NCBI GenBank assembly: GCA_944387545.1
Contig: CALXFE010000002.1
Location: 3,611-67,610, forward strand
DNA: 64,000 nucleotides
Source of the DNA: an uncultured Clostridia bacterium
Lineage (GTDB): Bacteria > Bacillota > Clostridia > TANB77 > CAG-508
Direction: 5' to 3'
Each line of letters begins with the position of its first letter. Within the stretch, counting starts at the first letter, position 1. The notes below the pieces were generated by a model that did not search any database, was not told where the DNA came from, and saw only the letters and a program-made list of their open reading frames with translations. The position numbers and the translations under genes are program-made. Below, piece after piece: positions 52,339-63,443 of this stretch.

Positions 52339-52617
52339 AGGTTCCTCCATAAATAACAAAATCTATTTCTATTATATCATTATTTTACATAAAAGTACAA
52401 GAATAGAGAGAAATATACCCATAAAGAAAATAAAAATTGATAATTTTTTTATCAATTTTGAAAAACTGTATTTTGAAAAGTTTATCAAACAAGATTAACA
52501 TAAAATAAAACAGGCATATATTGAGCGTAAAACTAAACGCTTGAAAATGCTAAACTTGAATTCTTTAGTAAAGGATTTGTAACCAAAAACATTTAATGTA
52601 AAAAAGGAGGAGACAAG

Positions 52618-53697
52618 ATGATTTACAATTTAACATTAAGTGACAGGACACAGAAGAAAGTGCTTCGGGAGTTAGAAACAACAAAAAAGTTGATTTCAAA
52701 AGTTGCTACAAAACTTTCATCAACGCAGAAAACTTGTGATATTTATGCAATGTCTGATTTAGGAATGGCACATAATGTTACAAGAATGCGAGGTGGCTTC
52801 TTTACAGGAGCTGCATATGTCTGGGAACAACCAGATACTCCATTCATTCCTGTAGATACCACAATTAATGTATGTGGTACAGCTTTGTATAAAATAAATT
52901 TTGATATGGGTATAACAGAATTTAAAAAGAGATGTAAGCAAGTTTTGGCAGATTCATCAAGGTATGACTGGAATTTTACCAATGGTAACCATTTTATTTC
53001 TTTATGTTATTCGGAAAATAACATGGGAATGCGGGAAGGTTACTATATGCTTGTCCATGCTTCAGCATGCGAATACAAGGAAGAGTTGTATCCAGTTATA
53101 GGGAACTGGTACTATCAAGATATTTGCACTGAAAGACTTAATCATTATCGATATATAAGATATATTAAAGGAGATAAAGCAGAGAAGTTATATGAATGGG
53201 CAAAATTGTTGGAATCTTATAACAGAGAGCGAAACCATAATTTCTGTAAGAACGTTTTATCAGGAGATATGGGAGATGAAATCTTAAGTGTATCTCATTA
53301 TGGAATGCCAAGTATACATGAAGCATTGATTGGTGTTCAAAAGACTGCAGGACTTGCAACATTGCTCACGAGTCCAGGGAAAAATGTGTATATAGTGAAG
53401 AAAACAGAAAACGCTAAAAACAGCTATATACCACATGGTTTTGGATTAGAACTACCAGAAAAAAGTGATTTCACCTATCATAAAAATAGTATACAAATAG
53501 GGGAAAAGAAATTTTATTCTGGAAGTATTACCATTGGAGAGGATGCGATTAATCGGCATAGCTTTTCTGAAACTGATGAAAGTTTAAGAAAGCATATCAG
53601 AAAAATAGTACAGATTAACGAATTAGAGATTTGTGCAGAATTAAAACAGATTTGTTCATTTTCTGCGAATGGATTTCAAGTATGGAGAGGTAATTGA
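52618..53697 (+). CDS. Divergent RtcB-fold protein
   Basis: Ordered motifs MSD...GGFFTG, INVCG, NGNHF, VHAS, SHY, PHGFG correspond to RtcB MPD, DINCG, GNHF, HSGS, HN, HGAG. Confidence 0.65.
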   Translation: MIYNLTLSDRTQKKVLRELETTKKLISKVATKLSSTQKTCDIYAMSDLGMAHNVTRMRGGFFTGAAYVWEQPDTPFIPVDTTINVCGTALYKINFDMGITEFKKRCKQVLADSSRYDWNFTNGNHFISLCYSENNMGMREGYYMLVHASACEYKEELYPVIGNWYYQDICTERLNHYRYIRYIKGDKAEKLYEWAKLLESYNRERNHNFCKNVLSGDMGDEILSVSHYGMPSIHEALIGVQKTAGLATLLTSPGKNVYIVKKTENAKNSYIPHGFGLELPEKSDFTYHKNSIQIGEKKFYSGSITIGEDAINRHSFSETDESLRKHIRKIVQINELEICAELKQICSFSANGFQVWRGN

Positions 53698-53698
53698 T

Positions 53699-54235
53699 AT
53701 GGTATATGTAACAAGACATGGAGAAACAGACTGGAACTTGTATGGAAAAGTACAAGGAAAAGCAGATATTTTGCTTAATAGTAAAGGAATAGAACAGGCA
53801 AAAGAAACAATGGAAAAGCTAAAAGAAGAAAATATTGATTTGATTATCTGTTCACCTTTAAAAAGAGCAAGACAGACGGCAGAAATCATTAATTCAGAGA
53901 AAAATATTCCCATTATCTTAGACGAAAGAATTTCTGAAAGAGATTTCGGAGAAATGGAAGGAATGTGTAAAAATGACTTTGATTTTCAGGCTTTTTGGAA
54001 TTATGAGAAAAATGTAACTTATGAAAAAGCTGAAAATATCAGAGTTTTCTTTAATAGAATATTTTTGTTTTTAGAAGATATAAAGAAAAGCTATAAAAAC
54101 AAGAATATTTTATTAGTAACTCATGGAGGTGTTAGTATAGCCATTAATTGTTATTTAAATGGAATACCTGAAAGTGGAGCATGTTTACCGCTATGTATTA
54201 AAAATTGTGAGGTAAAAAGTTTTCAATTTGAATAA
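53699..54235 (+). CDS. Histidine phosphatase (PGM/CobC branch)
   Basis: RHGET.WN, SPLKRA.QT, ERDFG.MEG, VTHGG. Confidence 0.92.
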   Translation: MVYVTRHGETDWNLYGKVQGKADILLNSKGIEQAKETMEKLKEENIDLIICSPLKRARQTAEIINSEKNIPIILDERISERDFGEMEGMCKNDFDFQAFWNYEKNVTYEKAENIRVFFNRIFLFLEDIKKSYKNKNILLVTHGGVSIAINCYLNGIPESGACLPLCIKNCEVKSFQFE

Positions 54236-54253
54236 CCGATTAGGAGAATGCAT

Positions 54254-54784
54254 ATGAAACAAATTGTTTTTTTGAGACACGCAGAAACTAACCTGAACAA
54301 AGAGGGACGGTTTTGTGGAGAAATAGATACAGATATTACAGAAGAGGGAAAAAAACAGGCAGAAAAAATGAGAGAAACATTTAAAGGCTATCATTTTGAT
54401 GCAATGTATTGTTCACCTCTTAAAAGAACCAAACAGACCTTAGAGGCTATTTTTCCAAACCGGAAATTCATTGAAGAAGATGGCTTTACAGAAATCAGTC
54501 TTGGAGATTGGGAAGGTAAAAAGAAAAAAAGCGTAAATCAATCTTTAAGAAAAGCTTTTCAAAAAGGAGATTATGTACCACCTCACGGTGAAAGGAATGC
54601 AGATGTGGAAGCAAGAGTAAGAGAAACAATTGAAAGGATTTTTGCAACTTATCCAGATGGTTCTGTAATTCTGGTATGCACAAGCAACGGAATTATGAGA
54701 ACAATTAAGAGAATCTATGACATCAAGAATGAAAAAATGATGTCAGGCAACTTAGAATACTTTTCCTTAAAGAGAGAAGCATAA
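54254..54784 (+). CDS. Histidine phosphatase family protein (atypical)
   Basis: RHAET, SPLKRT.QT, EISLGDWEG, PHGE; second His replaced (CTSNG). Confidence 0.85.
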   Translation: MKQIVFLRHAETNLNKEGRFCGEIDTDITEEGKKQAEKMRETFKGYHFDAMYCSPLKRTKQTLEAIFPNRKFIEEDGFTEISLGDWEGKKKKSVNQSLRKAFQKGDYVPPHGERNADVEARVRETIERIFATYPDGSVILVCTSNGIMRTIKRIYDIKNEKMMSGNLEYFSLKREA

Positions 54785-54795
54785 AGTGAAAATTA

Positions 54796-54835
54796 AAAAG
54801 AGGAGTCTAGAATAGAAAGTTCTAGACTCCTTTTT
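54796..54835. terminator. Bidirectional terminator at right end of accessory operon
   Basis: aggagtctagaa / ttctagactcct with A and T flanks. Confidence 0.85.
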
Positions 54836-54904
54836 AAATATGAACGAAAGTGGGGTTCTTTTGAACGAAAAACATTTAATTTTGCATGTTTCCAATGGTT
54901 CAAT

Positions 54905-56383
54905 TTAAAGAATGATACAAATCAATCCACCACTACCTTCATTAACAATTCTTTCTAATGTTTCTTGTAATTTAATTTGTGCTTCTTCAGGCATTTTTGC
55001 CAGTTTGGTTTGTAAGCCTTCATTTACCAATTCATGTAGACTTTTTCCAAAGATATTTGATTCCCAGATTTTTTGAGGATCACTTTCAAATCCTGAAAGT
55101 AAGTAATTGACTAATTCTTCTGATTGTTTTTCAGAACCAACAATTGGGCATACTTCTGTTGCAACATTTGTCTTAATAAGGTGAATAGAAGGAGCCATGG
55201 CTTTTAATTTTACGCCAAATTTTGATCCTTGTTTTACCATTTCTGGTTCTTCTAAGATTAATTCATCCATTGAAGGTGTTACAATTCCATAACCTTTTCT
55301 ATTAACTTCATCTAAGGCATAAGCGATTTTATCATATTTCTTTTTCACATCAGCTAATTCAGAAATAATACTAAATAAATCGCCTTCATTAGAAACTGGA
55401 ACACCTGTAATTTCTGTAAGCACTTGGTAGAATAATTCTTCTTTTAAGGTGATTTCTACATTTACTTTTCCAGTACCTAACTGAATATCTGTTATAGAAG
55501 TTTTAGAAATGATTTCTGTTTGTTTAATGGTATCTGCACAGCTGGATATTTCTTTTAATACATTTACATTAGAAAAAGCATCTTTAATTTCTTTATATAA
55601 TTCTGTTTTTAAAGGGTGTGACATATCTAATCCATCAATCCATCTAGGAAATTTGATGCAGATTTGGTCAACAGGGAATTCATATAATACTTTAGAAAAC
55701 ATGGTATTAATATTTTCAATCGTTAAATATTCACAATTAAGAGGCATAACAGATGTATTGTATTTTTCGCTTAGTTGTTCTGCAAGTTCTTTAGTATATT
55801 CTGAATCAGGATCATTTGAATTTAATAAAATGATAAAAGGCTTGTTTAAAGCTTTTAATTCATTGACTACTCTTTCCTCAGCTTTTACATAATCTTCTCT
55901 TGGAATATCGGTAATACTTCCATCGGTTGTAACTAAAATACCAATGGTAGAATGTTCTTCAATAACTTTTTTTGTTCCAATTTCAGCAGCAGTTTCAAAA
56001 GGAATTTCTTCGTCAGACCAAGGCGTTTTTACCATTCTAGGCATATCATCTTCTAAGTAACCAATAGCATTATCTACTAAATAACCTACACAATCAACAA
56101 GTCTGGTTTTAAATTTTAAATTATCATTTAAAGTAATTTCAATAGCCTCATTTGGAACAAATTTAGGCTCTGTTGTCATAATTGTTCTACCACCAGCACT
56201 TTGTGGCAGTTCATCTTTTGCTCTTTCTTTTTTGTATTCATTATCAATGTTGGGAATCACCAATAAATCCATAAATCTTTTTATAAAAGTAGACTTACCA
56301 GTTCTTACAGGACCGACAACACCTACATAAATATCTCCATCAGTCCTTTTTGCGATGTCTTGATACAATCTTGTATTTTCCAT
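54905..56383 (-). CDS. spoIVA: Stage IV sporulation protein A
   Basis: GDIYVGVVGPVRTGKSTFIKRF, DELPQS, GSGGLICIIL; 492 aa. Confidence 0.98.
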   Translation of the reverse strand: MENTRLYQDIAKRTDGDIYVGVVGPVRTGKSTFIKRFMDLLVIPNIDNEYKKERAKDELPQSAGGRTIMTTEPKFVPNEAIEITLNDNLKFKTRLVDCVGYLVDNAIGYLEDDMPRMVKTPWSDEEIPFETAAEIGTKKVIEEHSTIGILVTTDGSITDIPREDYVKAEERVVNELKALNKPFIILLNSNDPDSEYTKELAEQLSEKYNTSVMPLNCEYLTIENINTMFSKVLYEFPVDQICIKFPRWIDGLDMSHPLKTELYKEIKDAFSNVNVLKEISSCADTIKQTEIISKTSITDIQLGTGKVNVEITLKEELFYQVLTEITGVPVSNEGDLFSIISELADVKKKYDKIAYALDEVNRKGYGIVTPSMDELILEEPEMVKQGSKFGVKLKAMAPSIHLIKTNVATEVCPIVGSEKQSEELVNYLLSGFESDPQKIWESNIFGKSLHELVNEGLQTKLAKMPEEAQIKLQETLERIVNEGSGGLICIIL

Positions 56384-56572
56384 CTATATACCTCCTTCTA
56401 ATCACTTTCAAAATGTTTGTACTAAATTACTTTAATTAATGTATATTGGAGTTTTTTTGGGTTTATGACAAGTTTTATGAAAAACTTGATAAAAATATTC
56501 GAGTGTGATAAAATGTCAATATTAAAATAGAAACATATACTATACTATATTAGCTAAAAGGAGCGAAACAAA

Positions 56573-57817
56573 ATGGATAAAGTGCAGGATACAATAGACT
56601 TATTAAAAATGTACAATCAAGAACATATTATAAAATTGTTAGAAAAATTAGATGAAGATAAAAAGCAAGCATTAATAGATCAAATTAGCAAAATTGATTT
56701 TCATCAATTAAAAGAGTTATATGATAATACAAAAAAAGAAATAGAAATAAAAGAAAATAAAATAGAACCATTACCATATTTAGATAAGAAAAAATTATCA
56801 GAAGAACAAAAAGAAGAATTTCAAAAATTGGGAGAAGAAGTTCTAGAAAATGGACAATATGCGGTTGTGACAATGGCAGGAGGGCAAGGAACAAGATTAG
56901 GACATTCTGGACCTAAAGGTACCTTTAAATTAGATGTCTATGGAAAAGGAAAATATTTATTTGAAATATTAGCAGAAAATTTAAAAGAAGCCAATCAAAA
57001 ATATAAAAAGGTTATTCCATGGTATATTATGACAAGCAAAGAAAACAATGAAGAAACAATTCGTTTTATGGAAAAACATAATTATTTTGGATATGATAAA
57101 GCTTTTGTAAGATTTTTTGCACAAAGTGAATTACCATTATTAGATATAAATGGAAAATTATTAGTAGGAAAAGATATGAAAATAAAGGAAGCATCTGATG
57201 GGAATGGTGGCACATATTCTTCTCTAAGGGCAAGTGGATGTTTAGCAGAGATGAAGGAAAAAGGAATCAAATGGGTATTCATTGGAGGCGTGGATAATGC
57301 CTTATTAAAAATGGCAGATACCATTTTGTTAGGAATGGCAATTAAGAAAAAAGTACAAATTGCTTCAAAATCAATCGTAAAGGCAAATGCTCATGAAAGA
57401 GTGGGCGTATTTGGAAAAATGAATGGGCATCCAAAAGTTATTGAATATACAGAATTACCAGAAAAAATGGCAGAGGAAGTAGATGAAGATGGAGAACTAA
57501 AATATGGAGAAGCACATATTATGTGTAATCTATATACAATAGAAGCAATAGAAAAAATTAGTAAAGAAACCTTAATTTATCATAGTGCATTTAAGAAGAA
57601 TTCATATATAGATGAAGAAGGAAAAGAAATTATCCCAACAGAGCCAAATTCATATAAATTTGAATCATTTATCTTTGATGCATTTGAATTGTTTGATGAT
57701 ATCGCAATATTAAGAGGAAAAAGAGAAGATGATTTTGCACCAGTTAAAAATAAAGATGGAGTAGATAGTCCAAGAACAGCAAAAGAATTATATGAAAAAT
57801 ATTGGAATAGAAATTAA
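56573..57817 (+). CDS. UDP-N-acetylhexosamine pyrophosphorylase, UAP1/UDPGP family
   Basis: MAGGQGTRLG...PKG, WYIMTS, DGNGG, VDN, EYTE, KFESFIFD, FAPVKN. Confidence 0.9.
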   Translation: MDKVQDTIDLLKMYNQEHIIKLLEKLDEDKKQALIDQISKIDFHQLKELYDNTKKEIEIKENKIEPLPYLDKKKLSEEQKEEFQKLGEEVLENGQYAVVTMAGGQGTRLGHSGPKGTFKLDVYGKGKYLFEILAENLKEANQKYKKVIPWYIMTSKENNEETIRFMEKHNYFGYDKAFVRFFAQSELPLLDINGKLLVGKDMKIKEASDGNGGTYSSLRASGCLAEMKEKGIKWVFIGGVDNALLKMADTILLGMAIKKKVQIASKSIVKANAHERVGVFGKMNGHPKVIEYTELPEKMAEEVDEDGELKYGEAHIMCNLYTIEAIEKISKETLIYHSAFKKNSYIDEEGKEIIPTEPNSYKFESFIFDAFELFDDIAILRGKREDDFAPVKNKDGVDSPRTAKELYEKYWNRN

Positions 57818-57941
57818 GGGGATTTGGGAATGGACTCAAATTTCCCTTTTTAAAAATCAAATCTTTATTTTGAGATATATTTAACATTTTTAGGGCTTTT
57901 GTCTTTGCACAAAAATCCTAACTGAGAAAGGAATAAAAAAA

Positions 57942-58613
57942 ATGGAAGAATGTAAAATTAAGAATTTATATAATATGAATGAAACAATTGCAAAAGATTT
58001 ATTAGAAAAAAGTACATATCCATGGGAAGTGTTACCTAATATTGGAGATTACATTTTAGAATTAGGAGAAACATTAGACAAAGGCGAATATGAAAAGGTA
58101 GGAGATAATGTGTGGATTGCCAAAACGGCAAAAGTAGCGCCAACAGCATATATTCATGGACCTGCAATTATTGGTAAAGAAGCAGAGGTAAGACATTGTG
58201 CATTTATTAGAGGAAATGCCATTGTAGGAGAAGGTGCAGTGGTAGGAAATTCTACAGAATTAAAAAATGTTATTTTATTTAATAAAGTGCAAGTACCACA
58301 TTATAACTATGTAGGAGATTCTATTTTAGGATATAAGGCACATATGGGAGCAGGTTCTATTACATCAAATGTAAAATCAGATAAACAATTAGTGGTTATC
58401 AAAAATGGGAAAGAAACAATAGAAACCAATAGAAAAAAAGTAGGTGCTATGCTAGGAGATAATGTAGAGGTAGGATGTGGTTCTGTATTAAATCCAGGAA
58501 CCGTCATTGGAAGAAATTCAAATATTTATCCATTATCTTCTGTAAGAGGTGTGGTTCCTGAAAATCGTATTTATAAAAACAAAAATGAAATTGTTGAAAA
58601 ACAAGATAAATAG
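57942..58613 (+). CDS. Left-handed beta-helix acetyltransferase resembling the GlmU C-terminal domain
   Basis: Hexapeptide repeats, RHCAFIRG, NSTELKN, PHYNYVGDSILG, GAGSITSN, KVGA.LGD. Confidence 0.8.
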   Translation: MEECKIKNLYNMNETIAKDLLEKSTYPWEVLPNIGDYILELGETLDKGEYEKVGDNVWIAKTAKVAPTAYIHGPAIIGKEAEVRHCAFIRGNAIVGEGAVVGNSTELKNVILFNKVQVPHYNYVGDSILGYKAHMGAGSITSNVKSDKQLVVIKNGKETIETNRKKVGAMLGDNVEVGCGSVLNPGTVIGRNSNIYPLSSVRGVVPENRIYKNKNEIVEKQDK

Positions 58614-58841
58614 ATAATAAGATAGTCATATAATAAAAATAGCTTAAGTTACATCATTTCATGAGAATATTTTTTATAACAATTACAAAAGGAATTTACA
58701 AAAATTCCTTTATTTTTTTATTCTAATTGTATATAATAGGAAAAAATGAAAAATCAGATTGCCAAAATTATCATTTTCGTTTATAGCTGTTGGAAACTAG
58801 CAAAGTAAACGTTGACAAGATTGGCAAGGTGATAATTTTAA

Positions 58842-60857
<2,016 letters not shown>

Positions 60858-60884
60858 AGGTGGAAAGGGTGAAGAAAAAATAAA

Positions 60885-61139
60885 ATGGACGAAAAATATA
60901 CATTTGAAATGATGTGGGAGGATTTAGATGATGGGTATCAAATTTACTATACCTATGTAAGAAATCGATATTTATTGTTTAAAACAGCATCTAATTGTTA
61001 CACACAAAAATTATTATCAACCAATCCTAAAAATCCACAACCTAAAATGACAATGCTTACTTTAAAAAGAGTAAAAGAAATGTTTCCACATATGGAAGAT
61101 ATTGAGTATCGCATTGGAATAGCTGATGAAGAGCAATAA
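60885..61139 (+). CDS. Small conserved hypothetical protein (84 aa)
   Basis: Clean ORF directly after ligA, host-like codon usage. Confidence 0.65.
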   Translation: MDEKYTFEMMWEDLDDGYQIYYTYVRNRYLLFKTASNCYTQKLLSTNPKNPQPKMTMLTLKRVKEMFPHMEDIEYRIGIADEEQ

Positions 61140-61485
61140 CAAATGAATTCACACATAATTCACATTTCTTGCAAAAATTATCCATATATAAATAGTATAT
61201 TAATTATCATAAACATCCCCTTTTTTTCAAAGGCTATTCTGAAAAAAATAAAGACAGAATAGCTTTTCTTTTTTATATAGATAAAACGAGCAAACATAGA
61301 AGAAATATATAGCAATTTTTAAGGACAATAAATTTATAATTTTCAAAAATTTAAATAATAAAAAATGTAGAGAAAATTTTTGAATAAATGGTTTTATTCT
61401 TGCAAAAAGAAATGCGTTAGTATATAATCAGTTAAGAAAAAAAGAAAGGAGATATAGAGTATATATACTCTATAAAATAGAAGAA

Positions 61486-62334
61486 ATGGCTGTAATTATA
61501 GATGGAAAAACATTAGCAAAAAAAGTAAGAGAAAATTTGAAAATAGAATGTGAAAATCTAAAAGCAAAAGGAATCATACCGAAGTTTGCTGTTATCATGG
61601 TAGGAGATGATCCAGCGTCAAAAGTATATGTTAGAAATAAAAGCAAAGCATGTGACGAAATTGGCGTAAAATATGAAGAGCATATATTAGATGCCAATAT
61701 TACACAAAAAGAGTTGATTGAATTAATACATATATTAAATGAAGATAAAACGGTTAATGGCATATTATTACAAAGTCCTATCCCGAAACATTTGGATATA
61801 GATGAAGCTTTTAGAGAGATTTCATATGAAAAAGATGTGGACGGATTTAATCCAATAAATGTAGGGAAATTATTATTAAATCAAGATACGTTTGTATCTT
61901 GTACCCCATATGGTATTATGAAAATGTTTGAAGAATATCAGATAGATTTAGAAGGAAAGAATTTAGTCATCATTGGAAGGAGCAATATTGTAGGAAAACC
62001 ACTTATGGCATGTTGTTTAAATAAACATGCAACCGTTACCATTTGTCATTCAAGGACCAAAGACTTAAAAGAAAAAACAAGAAATGCAGATATATTAGTA
62101 GCAGCGATTGGAAAACCAAATTTTGTCACAGCAGATATGGTAAAAGAAGGTGCAGTTGTTATAGATGTGGGAATCAATAGAGGAGAAGATAAGAAAATAA
62201 CCGGAGATGTGGATTTTGAAAATGTGAAAGAAAAGGCAAGTTATATTACACCAGTTCCAGGGGGAGTGGGACCAATGACAGTTGCAATGCTTATGAATAA
62301 TGTTATTAAAGCAACAATGAATCAAAATAAATAA
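61486..62334 (+). CDS. folD: Methylenetetrahydrofolate dehydrogenase/cyclohydrolase
   Basis: IIDGK, YVRNK, KDVDG, GRSNIVGKP, TPVPGGVGPMT. Confidence 0.98.
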   Translation: MAVIIDGKTLAKKVRENLKIECENLKAKGIIPKFAVIMVGDDPASKVYVRNKSKACDEIGVKYEEHILDANITQKELIELIHILNEDKTVNGILLQSPIPKHLDIDEAFREISYEKDVDGFNPINVGKLLLNQDTFVSCTPYGIMKMFEEYQIDLEGKNLVIIGRSNIVGKPLMACCLNKHATVTICHSRTKDLKEKTRNADILVAAIGKPNFVTADMVKEGAVVIDVGINRGEDKKITGDVDFENVKEKASYITPVPGGVGPMTVAMLMNNVIKATMNQNK

Positions 62335-62344
62335 GATAAAATAA

Positions 62345-62376
62345 AAGGGGCACTTTTTTTAAAGTGTCTTTTTTTA
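62345..62376 (+). terminator. Rho-independent terminator
   Basis: ggggcacttt / aaagtgtctt followed by T run. Confidence 0.7.
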
Positions 62377-62465
62377 TTGGATAGGAAAAATCAATTTTTA
62401 TTATAATAAGCATAAAAAATCAATTGTCACTAAAAACATAGAATATATGTCAAGGAGGAGCAAAT

Positions 62466-63335
62466 ATAGAAAATTTAGAAAACAAAACATATTGGATATG
62501 GCTATCATTGATTGAAAAATTAGGCAGTAAAAGAAAACAAAAATTATTGGAAATATACAAAACACCTGAAAGGATATACCATTTAACAAGAAAAGATATA
62601 TTAAAGATAAAAGGTTTTAATGATACATTAGCAGATTATATTTTGGACAAAGAAAAAAGAGAAAACATAAATAAATATATAGAAAGCATGAAAAAAGAAA
62701 AAGTGAATATCATAACAATAAAAGATAAAGAATACCCAAAGCTTTTAAAAACGATATATGACTATCCTATATCTTTATATATAAAAGGAAACGCAAAACT
62801 ACTCAACCACCCATCTATTGGTATTGTAGGATGTAGAAATGCTAGTCCATATGGAATAAAGGTAGCACAATATTTTTCATATTATTTATCAAAAGAAGGA
62901 ATCAATATCATTAGTGGTTTAGCAAAAGGAATCGATAGTTATGCACATATAGGTGCAATATGTGCAAAAGGAAAAACAATAGGGATAATTGGAAATGGTT
63001 TAGATATTATATATCCTAAAGAAAATCAATATCTATATAATAAAATACTAGAAGAAAATGGCACTATTGTATCGGAATATCCATTAGGTGTAGAACCTAC
63101 CAAAATGAACTTTCCAGCAAGAAATAGAATTATCAGTGGAATGAGTAAGGGAATTATTGTCATTGAGGCAAAAAAGAAAAGTGGAACGTTAATAACAGTA
63201 GATTTTGCTTTAGAACAAGGAAGAGATGTCTATGTTGTACCAGGAAATATTGATTCTATCAATTCGGTAGGAACCAATGATTTGATAAAACAAGGTGCCA
63301 AAATTGTAACAACATATAAAGATATAGAGATATAA
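62466..63335 (+). CDS. dprA: DNA-processing protein DprA (probable ATA start)
   Basis: YP..L..I.D.P, IVGCR, ISGLAKGID, SEYP, FPARNRIISG, SGTLIT; frame extends upstream through YWIWLSL to ATA 62466 after AGGAGG. Confidence 0.92.
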   Translation: MENLENKTYWIWLSLIEKLGSKRKQKLLEIYKTPERIYHLTRKDILKIKGFNDTLADYILDKEKRENINKYIESMKKEKVNIITIKDKEYPKLLKTIYDYPISLYIKGNAKLLNHPSIGIVGCRNASPYGIKVAQYFSYYLSKEGINIISGLAKGIDSYAHIGAICAKGKTIGIIGNGLDIIYPKENQYLYNKILEENGTIVSEYPLGVEPTKMNFPARNRIISGMSKGIIVIEAKKKSGTLITVDFALEQGRDVYVVPGNIDSINSVGTNDLIKQGAKIVTTYKDIEI

Positions 63336-63443
63336 AAATAGATATTTTGACGAAAGATTTTAGGAGAAATTCACATATTGTATATTTACTTATCATATTT
63401 AAAATGATATAATGACAAAAATATAAAAAACAGGAGAAAATCT

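Noticed and set aside
52498-52522. Mother-cell sigma (sigE/sigK)-like CATATATT promoter before the RtcB-like operon
   Set aside because: Too short and AT-rich to support, and spacing to the -35 element is imperfect
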